Source: a virus (taxonomy: Duplodnaviria; Caudoviricetes). Taken from it: a stretch of 34,645 bases of DNA. Numbering within the stretch: the stretch's first letter is position 1; the number at the start of each line of letters is the position of its first letter. The stretch covers positions 1 through 34,645 of IMG/VR virus record IMGVR_UViG_3300017978_000114, one strand, 5' to 3'. Below the pieces are notes generated by a model. It worked only from the letters and a program-made list of their open reading frames with translations, did not search any database and was not told the origin of the DNA. Both the position numbers and the translations under genes were made by a program. Shown piece by piece: positions 7,125-15,020 of the stretch.

Positions 7125-7799
7125 ATGATCCACTTCGATCTGTTAGCAGACATTGCGCTGACGCGCATCAAAAATCCTACAGCCAAGGTCGTTCTCTTAG
7201 CGATAGCCCGCTATGCCAACGGCTATGGAGAATGCTTCCCGTCTAGGGAAACAATATCCCAAGACTCATGTGTTCCGATAAGGTCAGTGGTTCGTGCCAT
7301 CCAATGGCTCGAAGACGAGGAATACATTCGTATCGCAAGACGATCTGGAACATCCAACTTCTATGTCATCGCATCTATGGAGGACGACATGAACGACGAG
7401 ACCCGTGCCAATTTGGCACACGAAGAGGATAGTAATATTACTAAGTTAGATTTCTCTAAGAAGAATATAGCTAAGAGTAATACTACTTCCCGTGCCAATC
7501 TGGCACACCCCCTCGACACTCCCTTCTTCCTCGCCTTCTGGCAGGCATACCCTCGCCGCATCGGGAAGGGTGATGCCCGTGCTGCATTCACCAGAGCAGC
7601 AACAAGAACCGATCCTAACCTGATCGTTCAAGCGGCACTGGCCTACGCCAAGCATGTGGCAGAGGCAGGAACCGAACAGAAGTTTATCCCACACGCATCA
7701 ACGTGGTTGAATGGTGAGCGTTGGGAAGACGACCTTGAAGCTGAGAAAGTAGAGCGCAAGTCCAAGTCAGGATGGGGGGATGCACTCGATGGACTATAG
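7125..7799 (+). CDS. Replication initiator protein (N-terminal wHTH, C-terminal FWQAYPRR...HASTWLNGERWED domain)
   Basis: KVVLLAIARYANGYGECFPSRETIS wHTH; internal repeats like lambda O. Confidence 0.85.
   Translation: MIHFDLLADIALTRIKNPTAKVVLLAIARYANGYGECFPSRETISQDSCVPIRSVVRAIQWLEDEEYIRIARRSGTSNFYVIASMEDDMNDETRANLAHEEDSNITKLDFSKKNIAKSNTTSRANLAHPLDTPFFLAFWQAYPRRIGKGDARAAFTRAATRTDPNLIVQAALAYAKHVAEAGTEQKFIPHASTWLNGERWEDDLEAEKVERKSKSGWGDALDGL
7402..7508. repeat. Putative replication origin: two palindromic iterons around an AT-rich tract
   Basis: CCCGTGCCAATTTGGCACAC (7402-7421) and CCCGTGCCAATCTGGCACAC (7489-7508). Confidence 0.75.
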
Positions 7800-8259
7800 C
7801 CAACGCATCTCGCACATCTCTAACTGGTTCAAGTCTGACATCATCATCAGGTTCAACATGCCTCGGGATGTAGACGCCAAGGTGTCAGCGATGGATGTGA
7901 TCGAAGCCATCAACGCTAACCTGCCATCACCCATCTCAGCAGAGCAGATCGGAAACCTCCTCGCTTCAATTACGAAGGAGGTTTCACGATCTGCCAAGAG
8001 CCGCACCCTGCCGACGATCAAAGAGTTCATCGACGCAGCGCGAGCTTCATCGCAGAGCCGCCAAATAGCCACGCACAGCGCAGACTCTACGTCGTCTTGG
8101 CGCATCGACCCACTGCAAATCGCAGTCAAGCGTGTACGGGCAGGAGAATCGCTGTGCGAATCATGGCTGCACGGAGCCAAGCGCAAGCAACTTCTTGAGC
8201 ATGTCACTGAAGATCAGCTTCAGAAGTATGACCTTTACATAGCTGCACATAAGCAGTAG
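7789..8259 (+). CDS. Hypothetical protein, possible helicase loader by position
   Basis: Overlaps initiator stop; RTLPTIKEF motif. Confidence 0.75.
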   Translation: MDYSQRISHISNWFKSDIIIRFNMPRDVDAKVSAMDVIEAINANLPSPISAEQIGNLLASITKEVSRSAKSRTLPTIKEFIDAARASSQSRQIATHSADSTSSWRIDPLQIAVKRVRAGESLCESWLHGAKRKQLLEHVTEDQLQKYDLYIAAHKQ

Positions 8260-8262
8260 TGT
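8234..8262 (+). promoter_or_regulatory. Promoter TTTACA-N17-TAGTGT with operator in the spacer
   Basis: Consensus-like boxes; spacer contains CTGC-N6-GCAG. Confidence 0.55.
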
Positions 8263-8293
8263 AATTACTGGGATAACAAACGGGAGAAACACT

Positions 8294-9058
8294 ATGATTA
8301 GGACTGGCTTCATCGGCGGGTCTGATTGCGTTCGCATTCTTGAAGGGGACTGGCTTGATCTTTGGCAGGTCAAGACGGGACGCAAAGAGAGCGACAACCT
8401 CAGCAACAACATCGCAGTTCAGCTTGGCTCACACACTGAGTCGTTTAACTTGAATTGGTTTCAGGTTCAGCGCGGCTGTTTGCTTCACGATCATCAAGCA
8501 AAGTTTAGCCAGACCATCGGCAATGTCCCTGCCGTTGGCACCATCGATGCCAAGTGGGGCAATGAGATTGTCGAGGCCAAGCACACCAACCACTTCAACA
8601 CTATGGATGCAGTGATTGAGCGGTACATGCCGCAGGTGCAGCTATACGCTAAGCTTGCAGATGCAGATGGCGCTTACCTCTCGGTGATCTTTGGCAACAG
8701 CAAGTGGGAGTCGGCCTATGTCTCGCGCAACGAAGAGTATTTCAATTCAATGTGGGCGGTGGTGTCTGACTTCTGGGGCTACGTTCTACGGGATCAAGAA
8801 CCTGTTGGTGTCGATACGCCGCAAATCTCCATCGACAAAATCCCGGTGGACCAGATGGTCAAGCGAGACGCCAGCCATGACAACGAGTTTATCAGCCGAG
8901 CGCATGACTACATCCAGAACAAGGACGCAGCTAAGGCTTTTGACAACGCCAAGTCAGACCTGAAAGCAATGGTCGGTGACAACGAACGAGAAGTTTACTG
9001 CGACCTTCTAACAATCAAGCGCTCCAAGAGCGGATCACTTTTATTTACGGTGCGATAA
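8294..9058 (+). CDS. YqaJ-like (lambda exo family) exonuclease
   Basis: RTGFIGGSD, LWQVKTG, GTIDA, VEAKHT, YMPQVQLY. Confidence 0.9.
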   Translation: MIRTGFIGGSDCVRILEGDWLDLWQVKTGRKESDNLSNNIAVQLGSHTESFNLNWFQVQRGCLLHDHQAKFSQTIGNVPAVGTIDAKWGNEIVEAKHTNHFNTMDAVIERYMPQVQLYAKLADADGAYLSVIFGNSKWESAYVSRNEEYFNSMWAVVSDFWGYVLRDQEPVGVDTPQISIDKIPVDQMVKRDASHDNEFISRAHDYIQNKDAAKAFDNAKSDLKAMVGDNEREVYCDLLTIKRSKSGSLLFTVR

Positions 9059-9059
9059 C

Positions 9060-9530
9060 ATGAATGAACGAATGTATGCTAAACCAGAAAACCTTAAGCT
9101 CTGGGATGAGGTCTGCAAATCCGATCCCAAGTATCTCAAGAAGGTCACGCTTGGCGCACGATCCTTCACCTCCATTGACCCTCAGTATCAGGTCAAGTCA
9201 GCGACCAAAGCCTTTGGTCCTGTTGGTCATGGCTGGGGCTGGACTGCCAAGACCCACTTTGTAAACCTGTCTAATGGGGATACCGCCGTTGTCTCAGATG
9301 TCGAGGTGTGGACCGATTGCCCCGGCAATGTCTTTGGTCCCTTCCCCGGCTGTCGTAAGTTCTTCGACGCAGCCAAGGGCAGGGTGAATGAAGATGCACC
9401 GAAGATGTCGGTGACTGACGGATTGACCAAGGCTTTGTCTCACCTTGGATTCAATGCCGATGTGTTCCTTGGGGAATATGACGGCAACAAGTACGAAGCA
9501 GACTCAGGCAAAAATGAAAGCGGTTGGTAA
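9060..9530 (+). CDS. Single-strand annealing protein (Sak/Rad52-like)
   Basis: FGPVGHGWG, KMSVTDGLTKALSHLGFNADVF; sits between exonuclease and SSB-like gene. Confidence 0.7.
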   Translation: MNERMYAKPENLKLWDEVCKSDPKYLKKVTLGARSFTSIDPQYQVKSATKAFGPVGHGWGWTAKTHFVNLSNGDTAVVSDVEVWTDCPGNVFGPFPGCRKFFDAAKGRVNEDAPKMSVTDGLTKALSHLGFNADVFLGEYDGNKYEADSGKNESGW

Positions 9531-9552
9531 TCTCATACAAGGAGCCAGAAGC

Positions 9553-9933
9553 ATGGCAGACTACGACAACACGGACAAAGGCGCAGCGTTCAAGCCCTTT
9601 GATAAGCAGCGCCTCATCCTTCAAGGCAAGGTCAATGACAGAGGCCGTGAGAAGAAGGTCGTCCTAATCAAAGACGAAACAAAATCCGGCAAGCAGATCA
9701 TTGAAATCTTCGAGAAGGTTGGAACCCTGTTTCCCAACGAAAAGAAAGAATCTGAGAGTGCGCCGGATTACACAGGCCCAATCACTGATGGCAATCGTGA
9801 GCGCCGCCTCGCAGCATGGAAGCGCATGAAGGATGGCAATCCTTACATGACCTTCGCTGTCTCTGACCAGCGCGGAGACGCAGGCAAGTCGGAATCAAAA
9901 GAGGATCGTCTCAACGACGACATCCCGTTCTAA
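9553..9933 (+). CDS. SSB-like (DUF736-like) protein
   Basis: APDYTG motif, acidic DDIPF C-terminus; AAGGAG RBS. Confidence 0.7.
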   Translation: MADYDNTDKGAAFKPFDKQRLILQGKVNDRGREKKVVLIKDETKSGKQIIEIFEKVGTLFPNEKKESESAPDYTGPITDGNRERRLAAWKRMKDGNPYMTFAVSDQRGDAGKSESKEDRLNDDIPF

Positions 9934-9940
9934 CAACTTC

Positions 9941-9960
9941 GCCGGGGTGAAAGCCCCGGC
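9941..9960 (+). terminator. GC-rich hairpin after the SSB-like gene
   Basis: GCCGGGG-TGAAAG-CCCCGGC; weak U tract. Confidence 0.45.
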
Positions 9961-9978
9961 ACCTTCTGGGAGAGAGCC

Positions 9979-10404
9979 ATGACACACGAAGAGAAGTACG
10001 CAAATTTTCTGGCCAAGAGCGCAGAGGAAACCAAGAAGGCCAGTTACCGCAGGGAAAAAGGCTTGGCTTACAAGCAACCAAGCATCTTTGTAACCATTCG
10101 CAAAGGAAACGATCACGACGAAAACGTAATTATTGAGACCTTTGCTGAGCTAGCTGGCGTAACCAAGGATGAGTTCATTGGCTACAACAATACAGCAGCC
10201 ATAGCTAATGCCCGTCACATCATGGCCTACACGTTTCGTAAGAGACTAGGCATGTCGCTTCAACAGATCGGTGCTGTTGTTAAGCGCGATCATTCAACCG
10301 TGGCATCATCAATTCGCAGAGCAGAGATTATTCTTAGGGAAAATCCAGTGCTTATCGACGTGATTGATAGCGTAGTTGAGAGAGCCAAGAGGGAGAAGAA
10401 GTAA
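9979..10404 (+). CDS. DnaA C-terminal (domain IV) HTH protein
   Basis: ARHIMAY...MSLQQIGAVVKRDHSTVASSIRR matches the DnaA domain IV signature. Confidence 0.85.
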   Translation: MTHEEKYANFLAKSAEETKKASYRREKGLAYKQPSIFVTIRKGNDHDENVIIETFAELAGVTKDEFIGYNNTAAIANARHIMAYTFRKRLGMSLQQIGAVVKRDHSTVASSIRRAEIILRENPVLIDVIDSVVERAKREKK

Positions 10405-10619
10405 TGTTCTTTCGTAGGAGCAAAGAGGTCATGCCGCACCGTGACATCCAGTCAGAAGCGGCACTGGGGATCAGCAATGCGGCGTCCGTGCTTCCGCCAA
10501 AAAGGTTCATGGACCTCGTCTACTGGGCCATCATCACCAACAGACAGATCAGCACCGAGGACATGGACACGTTGGCCAATCGGCTGTCGCGGGCGGCTTG
10601 GGAACGGGGGCGGAGATGA
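10404..10619 (+). CDS. Hypothetical protein
   Basis: TAATG coupling. Confidence 0.7.
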   Translation: MFFRRSKEVMPHRDIQSEAALGISNAASVLPPKRFMDLVYWAIITNRQISTEDMDTLANRLSRAAWERGRR

Positions 10620-10783
10620 GAGACTTCTGGATAACCGTGCCGCTGGCGGGCATCGCCTGCCTTGCGTTCTTTATCTACGGCATCGGTCATCTGATCCTTG
10701 CCGACTTGGAGCGAGGTCAGGCGCGGTATGAGCAGTGCATCGCCGCCGACAAGCAGTGGGTGCAGGGGAGTTGTGTGAAATGA
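10616..10783 (+). CDS. Small membrane protein
   Basis: ATGA overlap; N-terminal hydrophobic helix. Confidence 0.7.
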   Translation: MRDFWITVPLAGIACLAFFIYGIGHLILADLERGQARYEQCIAADKQWVQGSCVK

Positions 10784-11043
10784 CTGACGACAAGGAACTG
10801 ATCGCACGGCTGCGGGGTGCCTGCTACTTGGCCTTTGATGACGGGACCAATGACTTCGGAACAGCACCCGAAGCCGCCGACCGCATCGAAGCCCTGACCG
10901 CCGAGCGGGATGTGCTTCGGTCTGCACTAAACCGCATTCGCCCTATCCCAGAAAGAATTTTGCGCGGCATTCCTGTTCGCGATTTAGCAGAAACACTGGC
11001 AGAAGCTGACAGCGCGTTGATCAAAGGAGAGAGCCATGAGTGA
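10780..11043 (+). CDS. Modular hypothetical protein (AADRIEAL ... IKGESHE)
   Basis: ATGA overlap; shares motifs with the next gene. Confidence 0.75.
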   Translation: MTDDKELIARLRGACYLAFDDGTNDFGTAPEAADRIEALTAERDVLRSALNRIRPIPERILRGIPVRDLAETLAEADSALIKGESHE

Positions 11044-11302
11044 CCAAACATGCTGTGGCGCTTGCGGCTATCCAGTACGTGCGACCAAAGAAATGGCTTG
11101 CGATTGGTGCCGCAAATCCGCCGCCCGCATCGAGGCTCTGACTGACAAGCTGGCGAAGGCGGAAGCTGGGCTGCTCGCCATTGCTAAGCGCGATGAGCAA
11201 ATGATCTGGGGCGAAGACTATGAGGTGGAAGAAGCATTCAAAGATATGCGCGACATCGCCCTCGCCACCCTCGCAGAGATCAAAGGAGAGAGCCATGACT
11301 GA
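11036..11302 (+). CDS. Modular hypothetical protein with CxxC pairs (AARIEAL ... IKGESHD)
   Basis: AAGGAG RBS in repeated junction. Confidence 0.75.
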   Translation: MSDQTCCGACGYPVRATKEMACDWCRKSAARIEALTDKLAKAEAGLLAIAKRDEQMIWGEDYEVEEAFKDMRDIALATLAEIKGESHD

Positions 11303-11492
11303 CCTGCAGAAATATACCGACGAAGAACTGCTACGCGAGTTGGTTCGCCGTAATGGGCTACGGTATGCACCGAGGAGCCGCACCATGCACCAGCACGAAG
11401 TGTTGCTTGGCATAGGCAAGAGCAACCACTGCTACCTCACGTTCACAGACCTGACTGACGTGACAGCGTTGATGGGGGAAAGCCATGACTGA
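11295..11492 (+). CDS. Hypothetical protein (DLQKYTDEELLRELVRR)
   Basis: AAGGAG RBS in repeated junction; ends GESHD. Confidence 0.75.
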   Translation: MTDLQKYTDEELLRELVRRNGLRYAPRSRTMHQHEVLLGIGKSNHCYLTFTDLTDVTALMGESHD

Positions 11493-11658
11493 CATCCGCG
11501 TCTTGAAGGGCGACGGCAAGAGGGCCGAGGACGTGACCGGGGAACTGGGTGATCGGATCAAGGCTCTGATCTATGAGTATGAGGGTCGGATGCCTCTCGC
11601 CGCAGCCGTTGGTGTCCTGCATCTAGTATCTTACGAAATCACAAGGGACAGCGACTAA
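11485..11658 (+). CDS. Hypothetical protein (57 aa, MTDIRVLKGDG...)
   Basis: Manually read; overlaps both neighbours. Confidence 0.7.
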   Translation: MTDIRVLKGDGKRAEDVTGELGDRIKALIYEYEGRMPLAAAVGVLHLVSYEITRDSD

Positions 11659-11855
11659 TGACCCGATCCGCCAGCGATAGCCCAGCAGCCCGTGCTCTAA
11701 GAGACGCGGGTTACGTCAAGCTTCCCGGCTGGTGGGTTACACTGGAACAGTATGAGATGATTCTCTGGATGGCAGAGAAAAACAAAGCAGAGATCGACCG
11801 CATAAAGGAGGCGGCAGTTGACAAACATTACCGAGATTCGTGGCGTAGTTTTTAG
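11658..11855 (+). CDS. Hypothetical protein
   Basis: TAATG coupling. Confidence 0.7.
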   Translation: MTRSASDSPAARALRDAGYVKLPGWWVTLEQYEMILWMAEKNKAEIDRIKEAAVDKHYRDSWRSF

Positions 11856-12177
11856 ATCACAGAAAGAAGCAGCGCAGTGGGCAGGCGTCACACCCTCAGC
11901 CATCAGCACCAGACTATCTCACACTGGAACACTTGAGCGCGTTGGCCTTAATCTGGCAGGCGGGCAGATTGGCAATCAAGCTGGAGCAAAGCCACTAACT
12001 CTAGGCAAGACAACTTTTCCATCAAGGACAATTGCTGCCCAAGAAATAGGGATAAGCCGAGACCAGCTAACAAGAGCATTGTCTCCAAGAGCAACGACCG
12101 CAATGAAAGAAAGATTGCTCCTTGCTATCATGCGATACGAAGCCTTGAAGACCAATCATCAGGGCATTAGGATGTGA
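11818..12177 (+). CDS. Tandem HTH (NUMOD1/IENR1-like) DNA-binding protein
   Basis: Two repeats: IRGVVFRSQKEAAQWAGV and LGKTTFPSRTIAAQEIGI; TTG start after GGAGG. Confidence 0.7.
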   Translation: MTNITEIRGVVFRSQKEAAQWAGVTPSAISTRLSHTGTLERVGLNLAGGQIGNQAGAKPLTLGKTTFPSRTIAAQEIGISRDQLTRALSPRATTAMKERLLLAIMRYEALKTNHQGIRM

Positions 12178-12180
12178 TTC

Positions 12181-12256
12181 GAGGGGCGCACAAAGCACAG
12201 CTTTGTATTGGTCGAAGATCAGACTGCGCTACGGCTCATCATCACCAGCGCCCCTC
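12181..12256. other. Multi-branched structured element at the early/late convergence
   Basis: GAGGGGCGC/GCGCCCCTC outer stem with three inner hairpins. Confidence 0.45.
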
Positions 12257-12262
12257 ACGACA

Positions 12263-12877
12263 TCACGCTTTGAGCCAAGCGTAAATCTTTTCAGTCTCTT
12301 TCTTGCGGTGGTCCAAACCAATGTAACCACCATTCACCCGCTTGGTGATCTGCTTGATCGTGTCCTCGCTCACGCCCTTGTCTGCGATAGCGAACAAGCC
12401 GTTCTTCTCGAAGAACCACATGGCAGTCTCCATTGCATAGTCAGTCTCGACCAGCGAAGGGTTCTCCATGACATCAGGCACACGCATGTCAGAGGCAAAG
12501 GATCGGTAGTTATCCTTGCCTGTCAACTGCAAGAAGCCGCGACCAATCCAGATGTGACCCTCACCCTCAGCATTGCCCATGCGTCCAGAGTAAACCTTAT
12601 CAGCCAACGCCTTGGGATTGCGGGCATAAGGTGCAGCCTCAGCTACACTCTTGAACCGCGAAGGCCAAACCTTGCACATGGTTTCAGCTGAGTAGTTTAA
12701 GTTTTCCTTGGTCAGCTTAAAGCCACCACTCTCATGGCTAGCCTGCCCCAACAGATGAGCGCCACGCTCAGGGGAGAGCTTGTAGTGCTTAGCAATAGCC
12801 CGTGCTGTGTTCGGGCCAAAGGCACCATCAGCAGCAACTCCACACTTCTCTTGCAGTTTCTTCATTGCATCAGACAT
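12263..12877 (-). CDS. Endolysin, glycoside hydrolase family 19 with N-terminal peptidoglycan-binding segment
   Basis: LGQASHESGGF, ENLNYS, GRGFLQLTGKDNY, ITKRVNGG; ADGAFGPNT. Confidence 0.93.
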   Translation of the reverse strand: MSDAMKKLQEKCGVAADGAFGPNTARAIAKHYKLSPERGAHLLGQASHESGGFKLTKENLNYSAETMCKVWPSRFKSVAEAAPYARNPKALADKVYSGRMGNAEGEGHIWIGRGFLQLTGKDNYRSFASDMRVPDVMENPSLVETDYAMETAMWFFEKNGLFAIADKGVSEDTIKQITKRVNGGYIGLDHRKKETEKIYAWLKA

Positions 12878-12882
12878 CGTGC

Positions 12883-13287
12883 TTACTCCTCGCACCAAGA
12901 TTGTTTTGCTTCGCCCTTATAAGGACGGGCAAGACCAGCAGAGATTAAGCTTTGAGCTAGGCTCTGATGGTCTAGGTAAACTTCACCCAAGACTCTGCCG
13001 CCGTACTTGTCCCACTTGAGTATTTTGACATCGACCTCAAGCGCATTGGCAACCGCGTCTTTTGTAAAGGCGCTGGCTTTCTTAGCCAAAGCTGCTTCCG
13101 CATCGCATTGAGCGCGAGGTGCTTTCTCTGGGGTGTCGATGCCCATCACCCGGATCGAGAGCTTGGGCGGGAGGGGCGACGGAAGAAAATCCACCGCAAT
13201 CTCCACGGTATCGCCGTCAATGACACGGGTGATTTCATAAGCATGAGCAGGCGCAGCCGTCAATAAGAGCAGGGACAGCCACTTCAT
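12883..13287 (-). CDS. Thermonuclease (SNase-like) with signal peptide
   Basis: VIDGDT, IRVMGIDTPE, DKYGGRVL; MKWLSLLLLTAAPAHA signal with AxA site. Confidence 0.9.
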   Translation of the reverse strand: MKWLSLLLLTAAPAHAYEITRVIDGDTVEIAVDFLPSPLPPKLSIRVMGIDTPEKAPRAQCDAEAALAKKASAFTKDAVANALEVDVKILKWDKYGGRVLGEVYLDHQSLAQSLISAGLARPYKGEAKQSWCEE

Positions 13288-13511
13288 TTCTTGGGTCTCT
13301 TGATCGGAACCTTCTTGGTGATTGCACCAAGCACAGCTTCCTGCGCCATGTCCTTGCCCATGCCGCCGAGCAAATCACCCACGTTGCCAGTGGCGGCAAC
13401 CTTGATTGCAGTCTCCACTGGGTCAGGCAGGTTCACCTTGTCCAGTACTGCATCAACCGCTTTCTCTTTAAGCCTGCGGCCCATAAACATTCCAATCATG
13501 CGTCCAATCAT
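13284..13511 (-). CDS. Hypothetical protein in lysis cassette
   Basis: ATGA overlaps. Confidence 0.7.
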   Translation of the reverse strand: MIGRMIGMFMGRRLKEKAVDAVLDKVNLPDPVETAIKVAATGNVGDLLGGMGKDMAQEAVLGAITKKVPIKRPKK

Positions 13512-13777
13512 TCTTCTGTCTCCTGCTGGTCAGCGTCACGTTTGCGGTTATTGCCTGCGGCCATCACACCTCCAAGCGCACCCGTGATGAACGAGGCAAT
13601 AGGGGTAAGGATAGCAAACAAGGCGCGGTCATTTTCAGAGCTTTCACCCAAAGGCTGGGTGACAAAGACCAGTGAGTATAGAATGATGAAGATGCTAAAG
13701 CCCAAGATCAGAGTCAAAGATACGCCAACAAAATAGCGCAGCTTGGCTTCCAGAAAGTCAGGGTCATTCTTTCTCAT
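13508..13777 (-). CDS. Putative holin (two TM helices)
   Basis: Two hydrophobic segments, charged C-terminus, near the endolysin. Confidence 0.6.
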   Translation of the reverse strand: MRKNDPDFLEAKLRYFVGVSLTLILGFSIFIILYSLVFVTQPLGESSENDRALFAILTPIASFITGALGGVMAAGNNRKRDADQQETEE

Positions 13778-13965
13778 GGCGCAACACCTCCTGTCAGATC
13801 ATCAGCGCAGTTCTTTGTGCGAAGGCAAATAGGCGGTTGGCACTCAATCAATGCCCAGTTAGCAGGGTCTTGGCACGGATACCGATACCATCCATCCTCA
13901 CTGAAATAGAAAAGTCCGCCAATAATGATAGCAAAGATTGGCCATATCCAATGTTCCAGCACCAT
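13774..13965 (-). CDS. Membrane-anchored Cys-rich small protein (YRYPCQDPANW...C..P.C)
   Basis: GGAGG RBS; TM helix followed by four Cys. Confidence 0.7.
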   Translation of the reverse strand: MVLEHWIWPIFAIIIGGLFYFSEDGWYRYPCQDPANWALIECQPPICLRTKNCADDLTGGVAP

Positions 13966-14456
13966 CACCACCTCCCTAAATAGCGGCCCCAGAAGTAAAG
14001 ACCAAAGCCTGCGATAACGCTTGTAGCCAAGATAATTCCAGTCCACAGCGCAGCTTCGAGTATGCCTTCGATTAGTTCTTTGCGACGATAGACTTGCTCA
14101 CGCTGCTGCTCTCGCACCCGACGCTCAATTGCCTGAAACTCTAGCCAAGCATCGTTGCCGTATGTGTAGCTGATAAGCTGGCGCAACTCTTTGCGCTGTT
14201 GTTCGCACTGCTTCTGAGCGGCGAAGATGTCGATGGCGCTCTTCTGGTTGTTGTTTCCAAACAACGTCTTGAAAACGCCGGGAGGCTCGTTGGCCTTGTC
14301 AGCCGCGTAGGCAATGTCAGAGACGGCCTTGCCCCACTCAGACAGTTGGGACGCCATGTCCTGTATCTCACGGCCAGCGGCAATACCCTGCTTGAGCAAG
14401 CCAAACGCCTTGCTGCCCACGCTAATAGCCATGCTGATTGAAACTGGATCGAACAT
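13965..14456 (-). CDS. Membrane protein with coiled coil
   Basis: MFDPVS start; C-terminal TM helix. Confidence 0.8.
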   Translation of the reverse strand: MFDPVSISMAISVGSKAFGLLKQGIAAGREIQDMASQLSEWGKAVSDIAYAADKANEPPGVFKTLFGNNNQKSAIDIFAAQKQCEQQRKELRQLISYTYGNDAWLEFQAIERRVREQQREQVYRRKELIEGILEAALWTGIILATSVIAGFGLYFWGRYLGRW

Positions 14457-14599
14457 CACAAACTCCAGAATGGAGGGCAGGGATAAAGCGGATGAACCGC
14501 CAATGCTACGTCAGCAGTATATCTGCAAATCTTAACAAATGTCATTTGCCCATCTATCCACAGGTGAGTGTAGCCCACCCAGACGAGCAACACCTTCAC
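14456..14599 (-). CDS. Small hypothetical protein (47 aa, MKVLLVWVGYTHLWIDG...)
   Basis: Manually read; GTGA and TGATG overlaps fill the gap exactly. Confidence 0.6.
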   Translation of the reverse strand: MKVLLVWVGYTHLWIDGQMTFVKICRYTADVALAVHPLYPCPPFWSL

Positions 14600-14838
14600 T
14601 TGGCAAGGCTCCGCATCAGTTCGTCAATCTTCTTGTCGAGGTTGTCTAGCCGCGAGATGACACGGTTCATGTCGGTGTGCATTTCAGACCGCGTAACGTA
14701 GTCACGGGCGACTTCCTCGCGTGTGCGGTTCAGCAGGATTTGCAGCCGCTTTACTTCCTCGACGTGGTTCTTCAGCACCCAGCCGATCAGGCCAAGTGCT
14801 GCACTAAGACCAAGGCTCCAAAGCATCTCGGGTGTCAT
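14596..14838 (-). CDS. Single-TM coiled-coil protein (holin/antiholin-like)
   Basis: N-terminal TM, RDYVTRSE...LDKKID. Confidence 0.75.
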   Translation of the reverse strand: MTPEMLWSLGLSAALGLIGWVLKNHVEEVKRLQILLNRTREEVARDYVTRSEMHTDMNRVISRLDNLDKKIDELMRSLAK

Positions 14839-15020
14839 GCGTCTGCCTCTTGGATCACCAGATCGCCAGCGTCCACCTGTGCCATGATGGCGTCGTGGTG
14901 ACGGTTGCCCGGTGCCAGTGGGACGAAGCACTCATTCCCGTCGATGGTGGCCTTGATGCTGGCTAGTTGGCCCGTAAGGCTGTCGTTGATGTATTGGGCT
15001 GAGGTGATGTTCATGGTCAT
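14835..15020 (-). CDS. Small tail-fibre-associated protein
   Basis: FVPLAPGNRHH motif; follows a tail fibre gene. Confidence 0.75.
   Translation of the reverse strand: MTMNITSAQYINDSLTGQLASIKATIDGNECFVPLAPGNRHHDAIMAQVDAGDLVIQEADA

Noticed and set aside
12181-12256. tRNA gene
   Set aside because: Size and four stems fit, but D-loop and T-loop consensus, arm lengths and CCA end do not
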